A DNA stretch of 64,000 nt, from positions 221,720-285,719 of the forward strand of contig JAFDWQ010000001.1 of the NCBI GenBank assembly GCA_018268395.1, given 5' to 3'. This DNA is from Armatimonadota bacterium. Its GTDB lineage: Bacteria; Armatimonadota; Fimbriimonadia; Fimbriimonadales; Fimbriimonadaceae. The position numbers were made by a program, and so were the translations under genes. The notes under the pieces are model-generated. The model was not told the origin of the DNA. It saw nothing but the letters and a program-made list of their open reading frames with translations, and did not search any database. Positions 7,614 through 16,629 of this stretch are shown here, piece by piece (positions within the stretch are counted from its first letter, which is position 1; every line of letters starts with the position of its first letter).

Positions 7614-9692
7614 TCAGTTCGATCCCCGGGTCCGGGTCGAAGCCAGTCGGTCTTTGTTCAAGATGACGCCCAGGATCGAGCCGCCGGCGAAATCGATCAT
7701 GCCGACAGCCTCGCGCATCTGCTGCTTGCTGGGTGACTCGAGTTCGGTGACGTACAGGACGTTTTTGACCGCCTGCACCAGCGATTGCGCGTCGGCGAAT
7801 CCGAATGCGGACGGCGCGTCGATGATGATGAAGTCGGCGTTAGCCTCCAACCGCGTGATGACGTCCTTCATCGCGTCAGAGGCGACGAGTTCGGTCGGGT
7901 TGGGAGCCTCTGCGCCCGCTGTCAGGACGGCCAGGTTCGGCGTCTCCGACGCTTTCAGTGCTTCGTCCAGGGTCATCGATCCGGCCAAGACTTCGGCCAG
8001 TCCTTTCTCCCGGGCGACCTTGAAAAGCTTATGGACGCTGGGCTTGCGAAGGTTGCCGTCCACGATGACCGTGCGTTTGCCTTCGAGGGCCATCGCGACG
8101 GCAAGGTTCGCAGCGATCGTCGATTTGCCCTCTCGTTGGACGGTGCTCGTGACCATAAAGGATTTCGACGAGCCTGATGCAAGGATGACGCTGTTCCGCA
8201 AGATACGGTACGCCTCGAAAGCCCGGGCGCGTGTCGGATCGGCGATCAGCGGGTCGCGGGAAGCGGCGCGGACCGGGATACGGCCCAAGACTTCCTTCTC
8301 GGCGATGCTGCAAGCCTCGTTGGACGTGTTGACGCGGTCCAGGGTCACGTCGCGGACAAGGGCGATGACGGCGCCGACGAAGAGTCCGCACAGGATCGCG
8401 AGGGCGACGTTCAACAGGGTCACGGGCCGGACGAACTTGGCCGGCGTCGGGCCCGTCAACTGGGTCACCGGGCTCTGTAGCGCGTTTTCGCGGAGCTTGA
8501 TCTCACCTTGAAGCGTGAGGAGCCGGGTGATGGTCTGCTGGATCTCACCGAGACGCGTCTCAAGCGCGATCTGCTTGGCGCCGATCTCGCTCATTTCCCG
8601 AAGTTGGGTCTTGCGCTCTTCGAGCACGGCCTTCATCGCGCCGAGCCGGGACTGGGCGGCGAAGTTGCCGGCCTTCGTCATGTTGTACTGCCGCTCGTAC
8701 TCGTCGAGAAGCGGGTTGCGGATGTTCGCACTGGTCGAGAGCTGCTCGCCGTTCTCCAGCCGTTTTAGGGCTTCTTCCTGCGACTTGATCAGGGCGTCGA
8801 TCCTTTTGACGCGCTCGCTGTCCGGCAGGTTCGTGATCAACAGCGCCTCGCGCTGGCCGTAAAGGGCGTCGAGTTGGTCTTTCGCCCGGTCGACGGAAGC
8901 GAACCGGACCGTCGACGTCTTGTTCTCTACGGTCTTCGGCGCCGATTCCCAGGTCTGCTTGGCCTGTTCGAGCGCGGCGACCGAACCTTGCAGGTCGGCT
9001 TCGGCCTCTGCGACCTTGCGCTGGGCCTCCGAGAGCGCCAACGAACGGATCTCAGTCTCGGTCTTGTAGTCCGCGACGTTCTTTTCCTGCTTGAACTGAG
9101 CGATCTCCTGCTGCTGGTTCTGGAAGTTCTGCCGCTCTTCGTCCAACCGCGCCGTGACGAAGTCGAACGAGCGCTTCGTCTGGTCTTTCTTCGTCTCCAG
9201 GATCTGTTCCTGGTAGACGTCCGGGATCGCCGTCGCGAGTTCGCGCGGAACGTTGGGGTCCGTGTGTTCGATCGAGATCAGGACCGTGTTCGTGGTCTGG
9301 ATCTGCTGGACCTGGACCTTCGGGAGCTTTTCGACGTCGTCCGCCGTCAGTTCGGCCTTCAAAGGATAATTGATCCTCCGGAGCGCCGTGTACAGCGTCC
9401 GGAAGCTACTGATGATCTGGATCTGGGTCGGGACGTCGTAGTCGATGGCGGTCGAACTGATCTGTCCGACGATGTCCAGAGGCTGGGACGAGTTCGACTG
9501 GGTCTTGCCTTCCAGGACGACCGCGTTCTGCGACATCCAGGTCTTCGGCATGATGAACGAGATCGCCAGTCCGGCCGCGATGAACAAGACCAGTGTCACC
9601 CAGATCGAAACTTTCCGCCTCTTGAACAGGGCGATCAGTTCCTTGAAGGAAAGATCGGTGACCGAGAGGTTCAACATCTGGTCGCGGTTCAT
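7614..9692 (-). CDS. Polysaccharide co-polymerase (Wzz-like, coiled coil) fused to a BY-kinase-like P-loop ATPase (Wzc/EpsG-like)
   Basis: Two TM helices flank a long coiled-coil periplasmic region. C-terminal P-loop domain has Walker A REGKSTIAANLA, A' VIVDGNLRKPS and B FIIIDAPS. The ATG at 9692 is preceded by AGGAG 7 nt upstream; the track start at 9767 is an extension. Confidence 0.8.
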   Translation of the reverse strand: MNRDQMLNLSVTDLSFKELIALFKRRKVSIWVTLVLFIAAGLAISFIMPKTWMSQNAVVLEGKTQSNSSQPLDIVGQISSTAIDYDVPTQIQIISSFRTLYTALRRINYPLKAELTADDVEKLPKVQVQQIQTTNTVLISIEHTDPNVPRELATAIPDVYQEQILETKKDQTKRSFDFVTARLDEERQNFQNQQQEIAQFKQEKNVADYKTETEIRSLALSEAQRKVAEAEADLQGSVAALEQAKQTWESAPKTVENKTSTVRFASVDRAKDQLDALYGQREALLITNLPDSERVKRIDALIKSQEEALKRLENGEQLSTSANIRNPLLDEYERQYNMTKAGNFAAQSRLGAMKAVLEERKTQLREMSEIGAKQIALETRLGEIQQTITRLLTLQGEIKLRENALQSPVTQLTGPTPAKFVRPVTLLNVALAILCGLFVGAVIALVRDVTLDRVNTSNEACSIAEKEVLGRIPVRAASRDPLIADPTRARAFEAYRILRNSVILASGSSKSFMVTSTVQREGKSTIAANLAVAMALEGKRTVIVDGNLRKPSVHKLFKVAREKGLAEVLAGSMTLDEALKASETPNLAVLTAGAEAPNPTELVASDAMKDVITRLEANADFIIIDAPSAFGFADAQSLVQAVKNVLYVTELESPSKQQMREAVGMIDFAGGSILGVILNKDRLASTRTRGSN

Positions 9693-9758
9693 ACGCCAAC
9701 TCCTGTCATGTGTGTCGCCTTGGCTCCCTGGCTCGCCCGTCCGAAGACAGACCTCGTG

Positions 9759-9764
9759 ATTATA
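9759..9764 (-). promoter_or_regulatory. Possible -10 element (TATAAT within TGTATAAT) upstream of the wzc-like gene
   Basis: Perfect TATAAT on the minus strand, 67 nt upstream of the ATG at 9692, in a GC-rich intergenic region. No convincing -35 was seen. Confidence 0.3.
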
Positions 9765-9874
9765 CACGAGCGTCCTCTCCCCATCATCGGTTGTCCTTGC
9801 AGATTCACTAGCTCGTCCTGGTCACCAGCAAATCCCATGATGCCGCCCGATCCGAGCGATGGAACGACCACGGT

Positions 9875-12046
9875 ATGGAACTTCGTCTGCGAAGACCATC
9901 GACCGGTCTTCATGCGCTTAAGGCGATTGCGGCGGGCACCGCGTTCCTGACGATCCATCAGGCGCAGGGCCAAACCCTACTCTATGTCGCGAAAAACGGC
10001 AACGATACGTGGAGCGGGACCCTAGCGGTCCCCAACGGGAAGGGGGACGGCCCGAAAGCCACCTTGACGGGGGCCAGGGACGAGATCAGGAAGCTCAAGA
10101 TCGGAGGCAAACTCTCTTCGAAGGGCGCGATCGTGACGGTCAAGCCAGGACGCTACAGCCAGCTCGCGCCCTTCGTCCTGTCCGGGCCCGACAGCGGCGC
10201 TTCCGGCGCCCGGATCATCTACCGGTCCGAAAAGGTCCGGGAAGCCGTGATCGACGGGGGGAAGCCGGTCACGACCTGGTTGAAAGCCAACGAACGCCCG
10301 TCGCTCGAAAAGATCGCGGCCAACGTACGGGGGTACGTTTCGGTCGCCAACCTGAAGGCTAACGGGATCGCCGAAACGGGAACGCTGTCCCACGTCGGAC
10401 CGAACATCACCAACCTGCCGACATGGGGCGAACTGTTCTTCGACGGCCAGAGGATGCCGCTCTCGAAGTGGCCGAACTCGGGCTTCGCCAATCTGCTGGC
10501 GGAGGGGATCGGGAACACCTTCGACAATCCGACCGTCATGGTCAATTCGTCGTCGTTGAAGACGCCGACGTACGTCAAGTCGTCGAACAACGACCAGGAC
10601 TACTGGATCCGTGGGACCCTGAACGAAAGGGCTTTCAACCAGTTCCAGGAACGGGTCAAGTGGATCGACAAAGGTTCGGGCAACTTCCGGATCGAGATCA
10701 CGGACGGCAACACGGCCGATCCGGCCCGCCGCGCCGCCTATAACCCGAACTCGATCGGGAGGCTGACCCTGGTCAACTCGCTGTACGAACTCGACATGCC
10801 GGGCGAGTACTACATCGACCGGAAGCTTGGTTACCTCTACTTCTGGTCGCCGTCGAGCCTTACGGGCAAGTCGGTGGTCGTTTCGATGAACCCTGGGCCG
10901 ATGGTCATGCTCAGCGGGGCCAACTACGTGGACTTCCAGGCCTTTACCGTCGAATACGGCCGGCAGGACGCCGTCCAGGTCAAGAACTGTACGAGCGCGG
11001 TAGTCCGTGGCAACCTGCTTCGGAACTGTGGCGCGAACGGTGTCCGGGTCGAGGGTGGGAACGCCGTCCTCGTCCGCTCGAACGAGATCACGACCGTCGG
11101 TGAAGGCGGCGTCTATTGTTCGGGCGGCGACAGGGCCGTCTTCCGTAAAGGCAACCACATCATCGAGAACAACTACATCCACCACTACGGCGCCGTCCAG
11201 CCGTACTACCGTCACGGGGTCTACCTGACGGGCATGGGCCTGACGTGCCGGAACAACGAGATCGCGTACAACAGCCATGGCGCCGTCTGGTTCCACGGCA
11301 ATGACATCCAGATCGAATACAACCGGATCCACCACGTCCTGACCGACGCGTGCGACTCGGGCGCGATCTACGCCGGTGCCGACTGGACGACCCGCGACAA
11401 CTCGATCCGCTACAACTACCTGCACGACATCAGGCAGATCCGACCGAGCGTCTACTGTAACCACGGGATCTACCTGGACGACATGTGGAGTTCGGCCAAC
11501 GTCGACCATAACGTGTTCCGCAGGGTCGAGCAACCGATTCAGATCGGCGGCGGCCACGACAACACCTGCGACTACAACGTGTTCGTCGATTGTATCGGCG
11601 GCGTCCGGATCGACGACCGTGGCCTGACCGCGGACCAGACCTGGATCAACGACTTTTGGCGGGAAGCGAACCGCGTGCCGTGGCAGGGCCAGCTCTGGCG
11701 GAACCGCTATCCGCAGGTCTATGCGCTGCTGACCGGGACCGATTACCGCTATCCGTTCGGCAACACGATCGTCGGGAACGTCAGTCTGCGGGGGACGACG
11801 AACCAGAAGTTCCTGATCTGGGAGCTCTGGGGCATCAACAAGAACGCCCCGGAATGGATCCTCAAGTTCCAGAACAACGTCCTCACGAACACGCAGCAGT
11901 TCGTCAACGAGCCCGGCGGCGATTTCACCCCCGCCAACGGGTCGGCCGCCAAGAACGTCGGATTCAAGGCCGTCTCGACCCTGAGCATGGGCGTCAAAAA
12001 GGACACGTTCCTCGACCCGGCGAAATGGGGCGGCAACGGCCCCTAG
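9875..12046 (+). CDS. Secreted right-handed parallel beta-helix repeat protein (pectate-lyase fold; possible polysaccharide lyase or modifying enzyme)
   Basis: N-terminal signal-like LKAIAAGTAFLTIHQAQG. Repeated PbH1-type turns: RGNLLRNCGANGVRVEGGNAVLVRSNEI, GNHIIENNYIHHYG, RNNEIAYNSHGAVWFHGNDIQIEYNRIHHV. Confidence 0.7.
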   Translation: MELRLRRPSTGLHALKAIAAGTAFLTIHQAQGQTLLYVAKNGNDTWSGTLAVPNGKGDGPKATLTGARDEIRKLKIGGKLSSKGAIVTVKPGRYSQLAPFVLSGPDSGASGARIIYRSEKVREAVIDGGKPVTTWLKANERPSLEKIAANVRGYVSVANLKANGIAETGTLSHVGPNITNLPTWGELFFDGQRMPLSKWPNSGFANLLAEGIGNTFDNPTVMVNSSSLKTPTYVKSSNNDQDYWIRGTLNERAFNQFQERVKWIDKGSGNFRIEITDGNTADPARRAAYNPNSIGRLTLVNSLYELDMPGEYYIDRKLGYLYFWSPSSLTGKSVVVSMNPGPMVMLSGANYVDFQAFTVEYGRQDAVQVKNCTSAVVRGNLLRNCGANGVRVEGGNAVLVRSNEITTVGEGGVYCSGGDRAVFRKGNHIIENNYIHHYGAVQPYYRHGVYLTGMGLTCRNNEIAYNSHGAVWFHGNDIQIEYNRIHHVLTDACDSGAIYAGADWTTRDNSIRYNYLHDIRQIRPSVYCNHGIYLDDMWSSANVDHNVFRRVEQPIQIGGGHDNTCDYNVFVDCIGGVRIDDRGLTADQTWINDFWREANRVPWQGQLWRNRYPQVYALLTGTDYRYPFGNTIVGNVSLRGTTNQKFLIWELWGINKNAPEWILKFQNNVLTNTQQFVNEPGGDFTPANGSAAKNVGFKAVSTLSMGVKKDTFLDPAKWGGNGP

Positions 12047-12070
12047 GTTCCGAAACCGTCCTGCAGGAGC

Positions 12071-12101
12071 CGCGGCGTCCGCCTTACAGGTGGACGCCGC
12101 G
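12071..12101. terminator. GC-rich hairpin between convergent genes (possible bidirectional terminator)
   Basis: CGCGGCGTCC (12071-12080) pairs with GGACGCCGCG (12092-12101). It overlaps the stop codon of the GT2 gene. No clear U-tract. Confidence 0.35.
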
Positions 12102-12932
12102 CTCTTGGAGTTCCATCTCGCGGGTCTTCGCCACGATCATGTACTCGTAGACCGACTGCAAGGCCGCGTAGGTCGTCCCTGCCCGGCCGTCTAAGAAGCC
12201 CCGTCGCCCCAGGTACAGGTAAAGGAACTTGACCAAGGGCCTCGCCGGCATCCGGTAGAACAGCTCCTTCTGGTGGAAGCGGCGTTGGTGAAAGTCCTTC
12301 TCCAAGAAGGCCTTGGCGACCGAGAACGGGACGTTGTTCTTTCGGTTGTCCATGATCTGTCGGGCTTCAAGCGTGCTGTACCTGTTGTGCCGCTCTAGCC
12401 AGAACGAGAGGCCCTTGCTGAACGGATAGTGCTCGAAGTGGCCTTCGCACTCTCCGGTCGGTCCGTCGAAAACGTGGACAGGGTTGATGACCCTCTCATA
12501 GCGGACTTTGTCCGGTCGGAACAATCGGACGTTATAGGGCGACTGGGCCGTGTGCCTCAGCCACTGACCCATCAAGAAGTCCTTGCGCAGCATCCGGAAA
12601 CCCACGTACGGGCCAGGATCGGCAAGGGCCTTGGCCATGCCGGCGACCAGGCTCGGAGTCACGCGCTCGTCGGCGTCGCTGTGATAGACCCAAGGATGTT
12701 TGAAGGGGACGTTCTCCATCGCCCAGTTCCGATGGACGGACTCCGTGTCGAAGGCCCGCAAAGTGACCGAGGCCCCCTTTTCCCGGGCGATCTCGACCGT
12801 CCGGTCGGTCGACACGGAGTCGAGGACATGAACGTCGTCCGAAAACGTCAGAGAGTCGAGGCAGCCGGGAAGGTCTTGCTCCTCGTTCTTCGTGTAGACC
12901 AGGACGGAGACCGGCAAGTGTTCAGGCATCAC
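12084..12932 (-). CDS. Glycosyltransferase family 2
   Basis: VSVLVYTKNEEQDLPGCLDSL...VHVLDSVSTDRT...SDADE is the GT-A fold pattern with DxD-type motifs. Confidence 0.8.
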   Translation of the reverse strand: MMPEHLPVSVLVYTKNEEQDLPGCLDSLTFSDDVHVLDSVSTDRTVEIAREKGASVTLRAFDTESVHRNWAMENVPFKHPWVYHSDADERVTPSLVAGMAKALADPGPYVGFRMLRKDFLMGQWLRHTAQSPYNVRLFRPDKVRYERVINPVHVFDGPTGECEGHFEHYPFSKGLSFWLERHNRYSTLEARQIMDNRKNNVPFSVAKAFLEKDFHQRRFHQKELFYRMPARPLVKFLYLYLGRRGFLDGRAGTTYAALQSVYEYMIVAKTREMELQERGVHL

Positions 12933-13482
12933 GGATCACTCGGGGCTTGAGCGGTCGGCAGGGGTTCCCGCCGCAGACGGTCCACGCTGGGACGTCCTTG
13001 ACGACGACGGCCCTCGCCGCGACGACCGCCCCTTCGCCGATCGTGACTCCGGGCCCGACGAAGCACTCGGCGCACAGCCAGGCGTCGGCGCCGACGGTAA
13101 TGGGCTCGGCGTAAAGCTGGAAGTTCTTGCTTTCGTAATCGTGGGTTCCGGCGCACAAGTGGACGCCTTGAGAGACCGTCGCTTTGCGGCCGATGGTGAT
13201 CCGGGCCATGTTGTAGACGGTCACATTGTCCGCGACGGCGGCGAACTCTTCCATCTCCAAGTTCCACGGCGCCCAGACGACCGCTTTGGGAAGCACGTTG
13301 GCCCCCTTCCCGATCTTCGCTCCGAACGATGTCAACAAAAACCGCCTCCAGCCGTGCAGGGGTCGCGGCGAGGTCCGGAACAGGAGCGACCTGACGATGT
13401 TCCAAGCCAATCGTTTGAGCCTGTTAGAAAGGCTGAAGCTAGGTCCGGTGTAGGGGTCGTTCCCTTGAAGGATGTCAGACAT
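12922..13482 (-). CDS. Hexapeptide-repeat O-acetyltransferase (WcaF-like)
   Basis: Left-handed beta-helix repeats (ITIGRKATVSQGVHLCAG..., VTIGEGAVVAARAVVVKDVPAWTVCGGNPCRPL), typical of colanic-acid-type acetyltransferases. Confidence 0.8.
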   Translation of the reverse strand: MSDILQGNDPYTGPSFSLSNRLKRLAWNIVRSLLFRTSPRPLHGWRRFLLTSFGAKIGKGANVLPKAVVWAPWNLEMEEFAAVADNVTVYNMARITIGRKATVSQGVHLCAGTHDYESKNFQLYAEPITVGADAWLCAECFVGPGVTIGEGAVVAARAVVVKDVPAWTVCGGNPCRPLKPRVIRDA

Positions 13483-13485
13483 GGC

Positions 13486-14667
13486 TCAGTCGATGTCCCT
13501 TCCGTTCTTCAACGCCTCGATGAGGCTGTCCGCCGCTCTTTCGATCTCGAAGTTCGCTTCGAAACACTGCCGTGCTTTGGCGCAGGTTTCGTGCCGTTCG
13601 TCGGCGTTCAGGGCGAACCAACGGTCCAGGGCCCGGTCCGTCCCCGCTTGGTCGTCGGGCTCGACGATGCCCGCGCCGGCGGCTTCGATCTCGCGCCAGA
13701 TGTTGATCTTGTCGGAGATCACGACCGGCGTCCCGCAGGCGAGCGCTTCAGCGACGACGATCCCAAAATTCTCCTGGTGGGACGGAAGGACGAAGGCCTC
13801 GGCCGTCTTGTACGCCCCCCATTTCGCGTCCCCCGTCAACATGCCGGGCCAGACGATCCGGTCCGCGATCCCAAGGGCCGCGGCCTGGGCCTGAAGCTTC
13901 GGGGTCAAGCCCGTCTTGTCCGGCCCCGCCATGACCAGGACGAGTTCCGGGATCTTCCGGGCCCACCGGGCGAACGCGTTGACCAACAGGTCGCACCCTT
14001 TCTTTTCGTGGATCCGGCTGAGATAGAGAAGGACCCGTTTGCCGCTGAGTTCGGGACGGGAGTCGACGAAGGCCTTCCCCATCGCGTCAAGGTCGCCCTT
14101 CGGCCCCGGGGTGCCGTATTGGACGACACGCTCGTTGACCTTGTAAGGACGGAAGGACTTTCGGGCGAGGATCTTCTCCTCCTCGCTCGTGAACAGCACG
14201 GCCGCCGCGTCTCTCAAGACAGGGTACATCCCCCAGGCCCAATACAAGTTCTTACGGAGCTTCTTCAAGGGATAGGCTTCGTTGAACCACGGGTCCAACA
14301 TGCCGTGGGTGAACACGAAGTACGGCGGCCCCCCGCCCCGAAGAGCCCTCCACGTCCCGAGACTGTTGTACTGCCAGAGGCCGTTGACGACGATCGCGTC
14401 GAACCGTCCCTTGTTCTCCTGCAGCCATGGCACGAGTTTCGGCGAAAAACTGTAGCCCCCCTTGCCCGTCCCCAAGACGTGGAGCGGCAGGGGGAACTCA
14501 CCGAGCCAGGGCTCGTCCGGCCCGTCGAGGCAGGCGACTTCGACGTGGTGTCCCTTTCGGACCGCCACCGCCGCGAGCTGCTTGATCCCTTCGATCGGCC
14601 CGCCTTGGGCAGGATTGACCGAGCTGATCACGTGCAGGTACCGCATGGCTCCGTCGGATTCTGACAT
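13486..14667 (-). CDS. Glycosyltransferase family 4 (GT-B)
   Basis: MRYLHVISSVNPAQGGP at the N-terminus. C-terminal EX7E-type region: VLPSHQENFGIVVAEALACGTPVVIS. Confidence 0.8.
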   Translation of the reverse strand: MSESDGAMRYLHVISSVNPAQGGPIEGIKQLAAVAVRKGHHVEVACLDGPDEPWLGEFPLPLHVLGTGKGGYSFSPKLVPWLQENKGRFDAIVVNGLWQYNSLGTWRALRGGGPPYFVFTHGMLDPWFNEAYPLKKLRKNLYWAWGMYPVLRDAAAVLFTSEEEKILARKSFRPYKVNERVVQYGTPGPKGDLDAMGKAFVDSRPELSGKRVLLYLSRIHEKKGCDLLVNAFARWARKIPELVLVMAGPDKTGLTPKLQAQAAALGIADRIVWPGMLTGDAKWGAYKTAEAFVLPSHQENFGIVVAEALACGTPVVISDKINIWREIEAAGAGIVEPDDQAGTDRALDRWFALNADERHETCAKARQCFEANFEIERAADSLIEALKNGRDID

Positions 14668-14677
14668 CCGGAGGTGG

Positions 14678-16480
14678 CTAGAGCTTGGCGATTTCCTTAT
14701 GGACGAGCCGTGCCCATCCTCGGAGCGACCGTTCCGAGCCGCCCGTGTCCCCGCTTCCGAGCATCCACTCCCGGACGGGAATGCTGAACCCGGTCTTCGG
14801 CCGGTCTAATACGGCCGCCGGCAGCGGCACGGCGGGAACACGGGCGAGTCCGGATTTGTCCGGCTCTTGCTCCGTACCGAAGTAGGGCACCGTCGCCCGG
14901 AAGAAACCGACGTCGACGAACGGGACGCGGATCTCCAAGGAATGGGCCATGCCCGCCCAGTCCGAGTCCCTCAAGAGCCTGTTGCGCATGTAGACCTGGA
15001 GTTCGAGGGCGGAGACGCGGGACCGGTCGCACTTGAGGTTTTCGACCAGTCGGTCGAGCCGGATCACTGTTTTCAGCTCTTCCCACCCTTCCCGCACCAT
15101 GTCCGGATCCATGATGGCGGGAAGCTCCCAAGGCATGAACATGCCTCTTCGGAGCAGATATGCGCCGCCGTAGGTCGATCCGTACTCGAGTAGGCCGGCG
15201 TATTTCGGCGACGTCATCCGTCCCATGAGGCTCGCTGAAACGATGCGGAAGGCACGGCCCAACCAAGGCATCGACTTCGCCGTCTTGAGCGTGCTCACGA
15301 GCCGGGGGATCTGCGAAAACGAGCTATACCCACCGAGGACTTCGTCGGCGCCGAGGCCCGAAAGCGCCACCTTCATGCCGAATTCGTGCGTGACCTTACT
15401 CACGTAGTACGTGTTGAGCCCGTCGACCGACGGCTGGTCCATCGCGAGGACGATCTTCTCGAAATCCGAGCGGAAGTCGTTGCCCACGACGTGCCGCTTC
15501 AAATGCTCCGAGCCGTATTGTTGCGCGACGATGGCCGCGAGCGGGAGTTCGTCGTCTTCTGTGCCCTGGTACTCCTGGAAGCCCAACGTGATGCTCTTCG
15601 GCGGTTCGGCGTTGACTTCGGTCCCCACCGCCAACAAGGTCGTCGAGTCGCGGCCGGCACTCAGGAAGACCCCGACGGGGACGTCGCTGACGAAATGGTG
15701 CTTGACGCTGTCGAGGACGGCGCACCTGAGCGCCTCTTGGGATTCGCCTGGCGACTGTGGCTTCGCCCGGCCTTCCAAGCGGGCCAGTTCGTTGGAAACG
15801 TCGAAATACGTCCTCGCGTCCCGGACGCCGTGTTCGTCGACCCACATCGTCGAGCCTGCGGGCAGCTCTTTGATCTCCCGATAGAGGGTGTACGGTTGGG
15901 GCATGTTGCCCCATGTGAAGAACCCGACGTGCCCGGCCGGGTCCGGCGACGTGTCGAGGAGGCCCGTCGAAAGAATGGCCTTGACCTGGGACGAGAACAC
16001 GAGTGAGCCGGCTTGCCGGCCGACGTACAGCGGCTTGATCCCGAAGTGGTCGCGGGCGAGGAACAGACCCTGCCTCTTTCCGTCCCAGATCGCGAAGGCG
16101 AACATGCCACGGAGCCGGTCGCACATGTCCTCTCCGTAAACGGCGTACAGGTGCAGGAGCACCTCGGTGTCGCTGCCCGTCTTCAAGACCCGGCCCTTGG
16201 ACCGCAACAGGTCTTGAAGCTCCCTGTAGTTGTAGACCTCTCCGTTGAACGTGATCCAGAGTTGTTCCTCTGGAAGGCTCATCGGTTGTGCACCTGCCGG
16301 GCTCAGGTCGATGATGGCGAGCCTGCGGTGGCCGAGGATCACGCGGCCGTCGTCGTTCGACCAGACGCCTTCGCCGTCCGGACCTCGGGCCAGCATGGCG
16401 TCGCAACCGGCTTTGATCCGGCTACAGTCCGGCGGGCGCGAGCCCCTACCGTAGCTGAACGCCCCTATGATCCCGCACAT
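14678..16480 (-). CDS. Asparagine synthase (glutamine-hydrolysing) family amidotransferase, in a polysaccharide-locus context
   Basis: N-terminal nucleophile MCGIIGAF. Ntn glutaminase domain followed by a PP-loop-type synthetase domain (VGVFLSAGRDSTTL). Confidence 0.85.
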   Translation of the reverse strand: MCGIIGAFSYGRGSRPPDCSRIKAGCDAMLARGPDGEGVWSNDDGRVILGHRRLAIIDLSPAGAQPMSLPEEQLWITFNGEVYNYRELQDLLRSKGRVLKTGSDTEVLLHLYAVYGEDMCDRLRGMFAFAIWDGKRQGLFLARDHFGIKPLYVGRQAGSLVFSSQVKAILSTGLLDTSPDPAGHVGFFTWGNMPQPYTLYREIKELPAGSTMWVDEHGVRDARTYFDVSNELARLEGRAKPQSPGESQEALRCAVLDSVKHHFVSDVPVGVFLSAGRDSTTLLAVGTEVNAEPPKSITLGFQEYQGTEDDELPLAAIVAQQYGSEHLKRHVVGNDFRSDFEKIVLAMDQPSVDGLNTYYVSKVTHEFGMKVALSGLGADEVLGGYSSFSQIPRLVSTLKTAKSMPWLGRAFRIVSASLMGRMTSPKYAGLLEYGSTYGGAYLLRRGMFMPWELPAIMDPDMVREGWEELKTVIRLDRLVENLKCDRSRVSALELQVYMRNRLLRDSDWAGMAHSLEIRVPFVDVGFFRATVPYFGTEQEPDKSGLARVPAVPLPAAVLDRPKTGFSIPVREWMLGSGDTGGSERSLRGWARLVHKEIAKL

Positions 16481-16629
16481 GGTCGCCCCCTATGGCCCAG
16501 CCTCCTCAGTCCGCACCCGCCCGATGGCCCTCGGTAGCCTGTGCGACGTCGACGTGGCCTGATCGATCCATCATGTACCATCGTCGGTCGAATTCGTCCA
16601 GTTTTGTCCGTTTACCCGCAGAAATGGGG

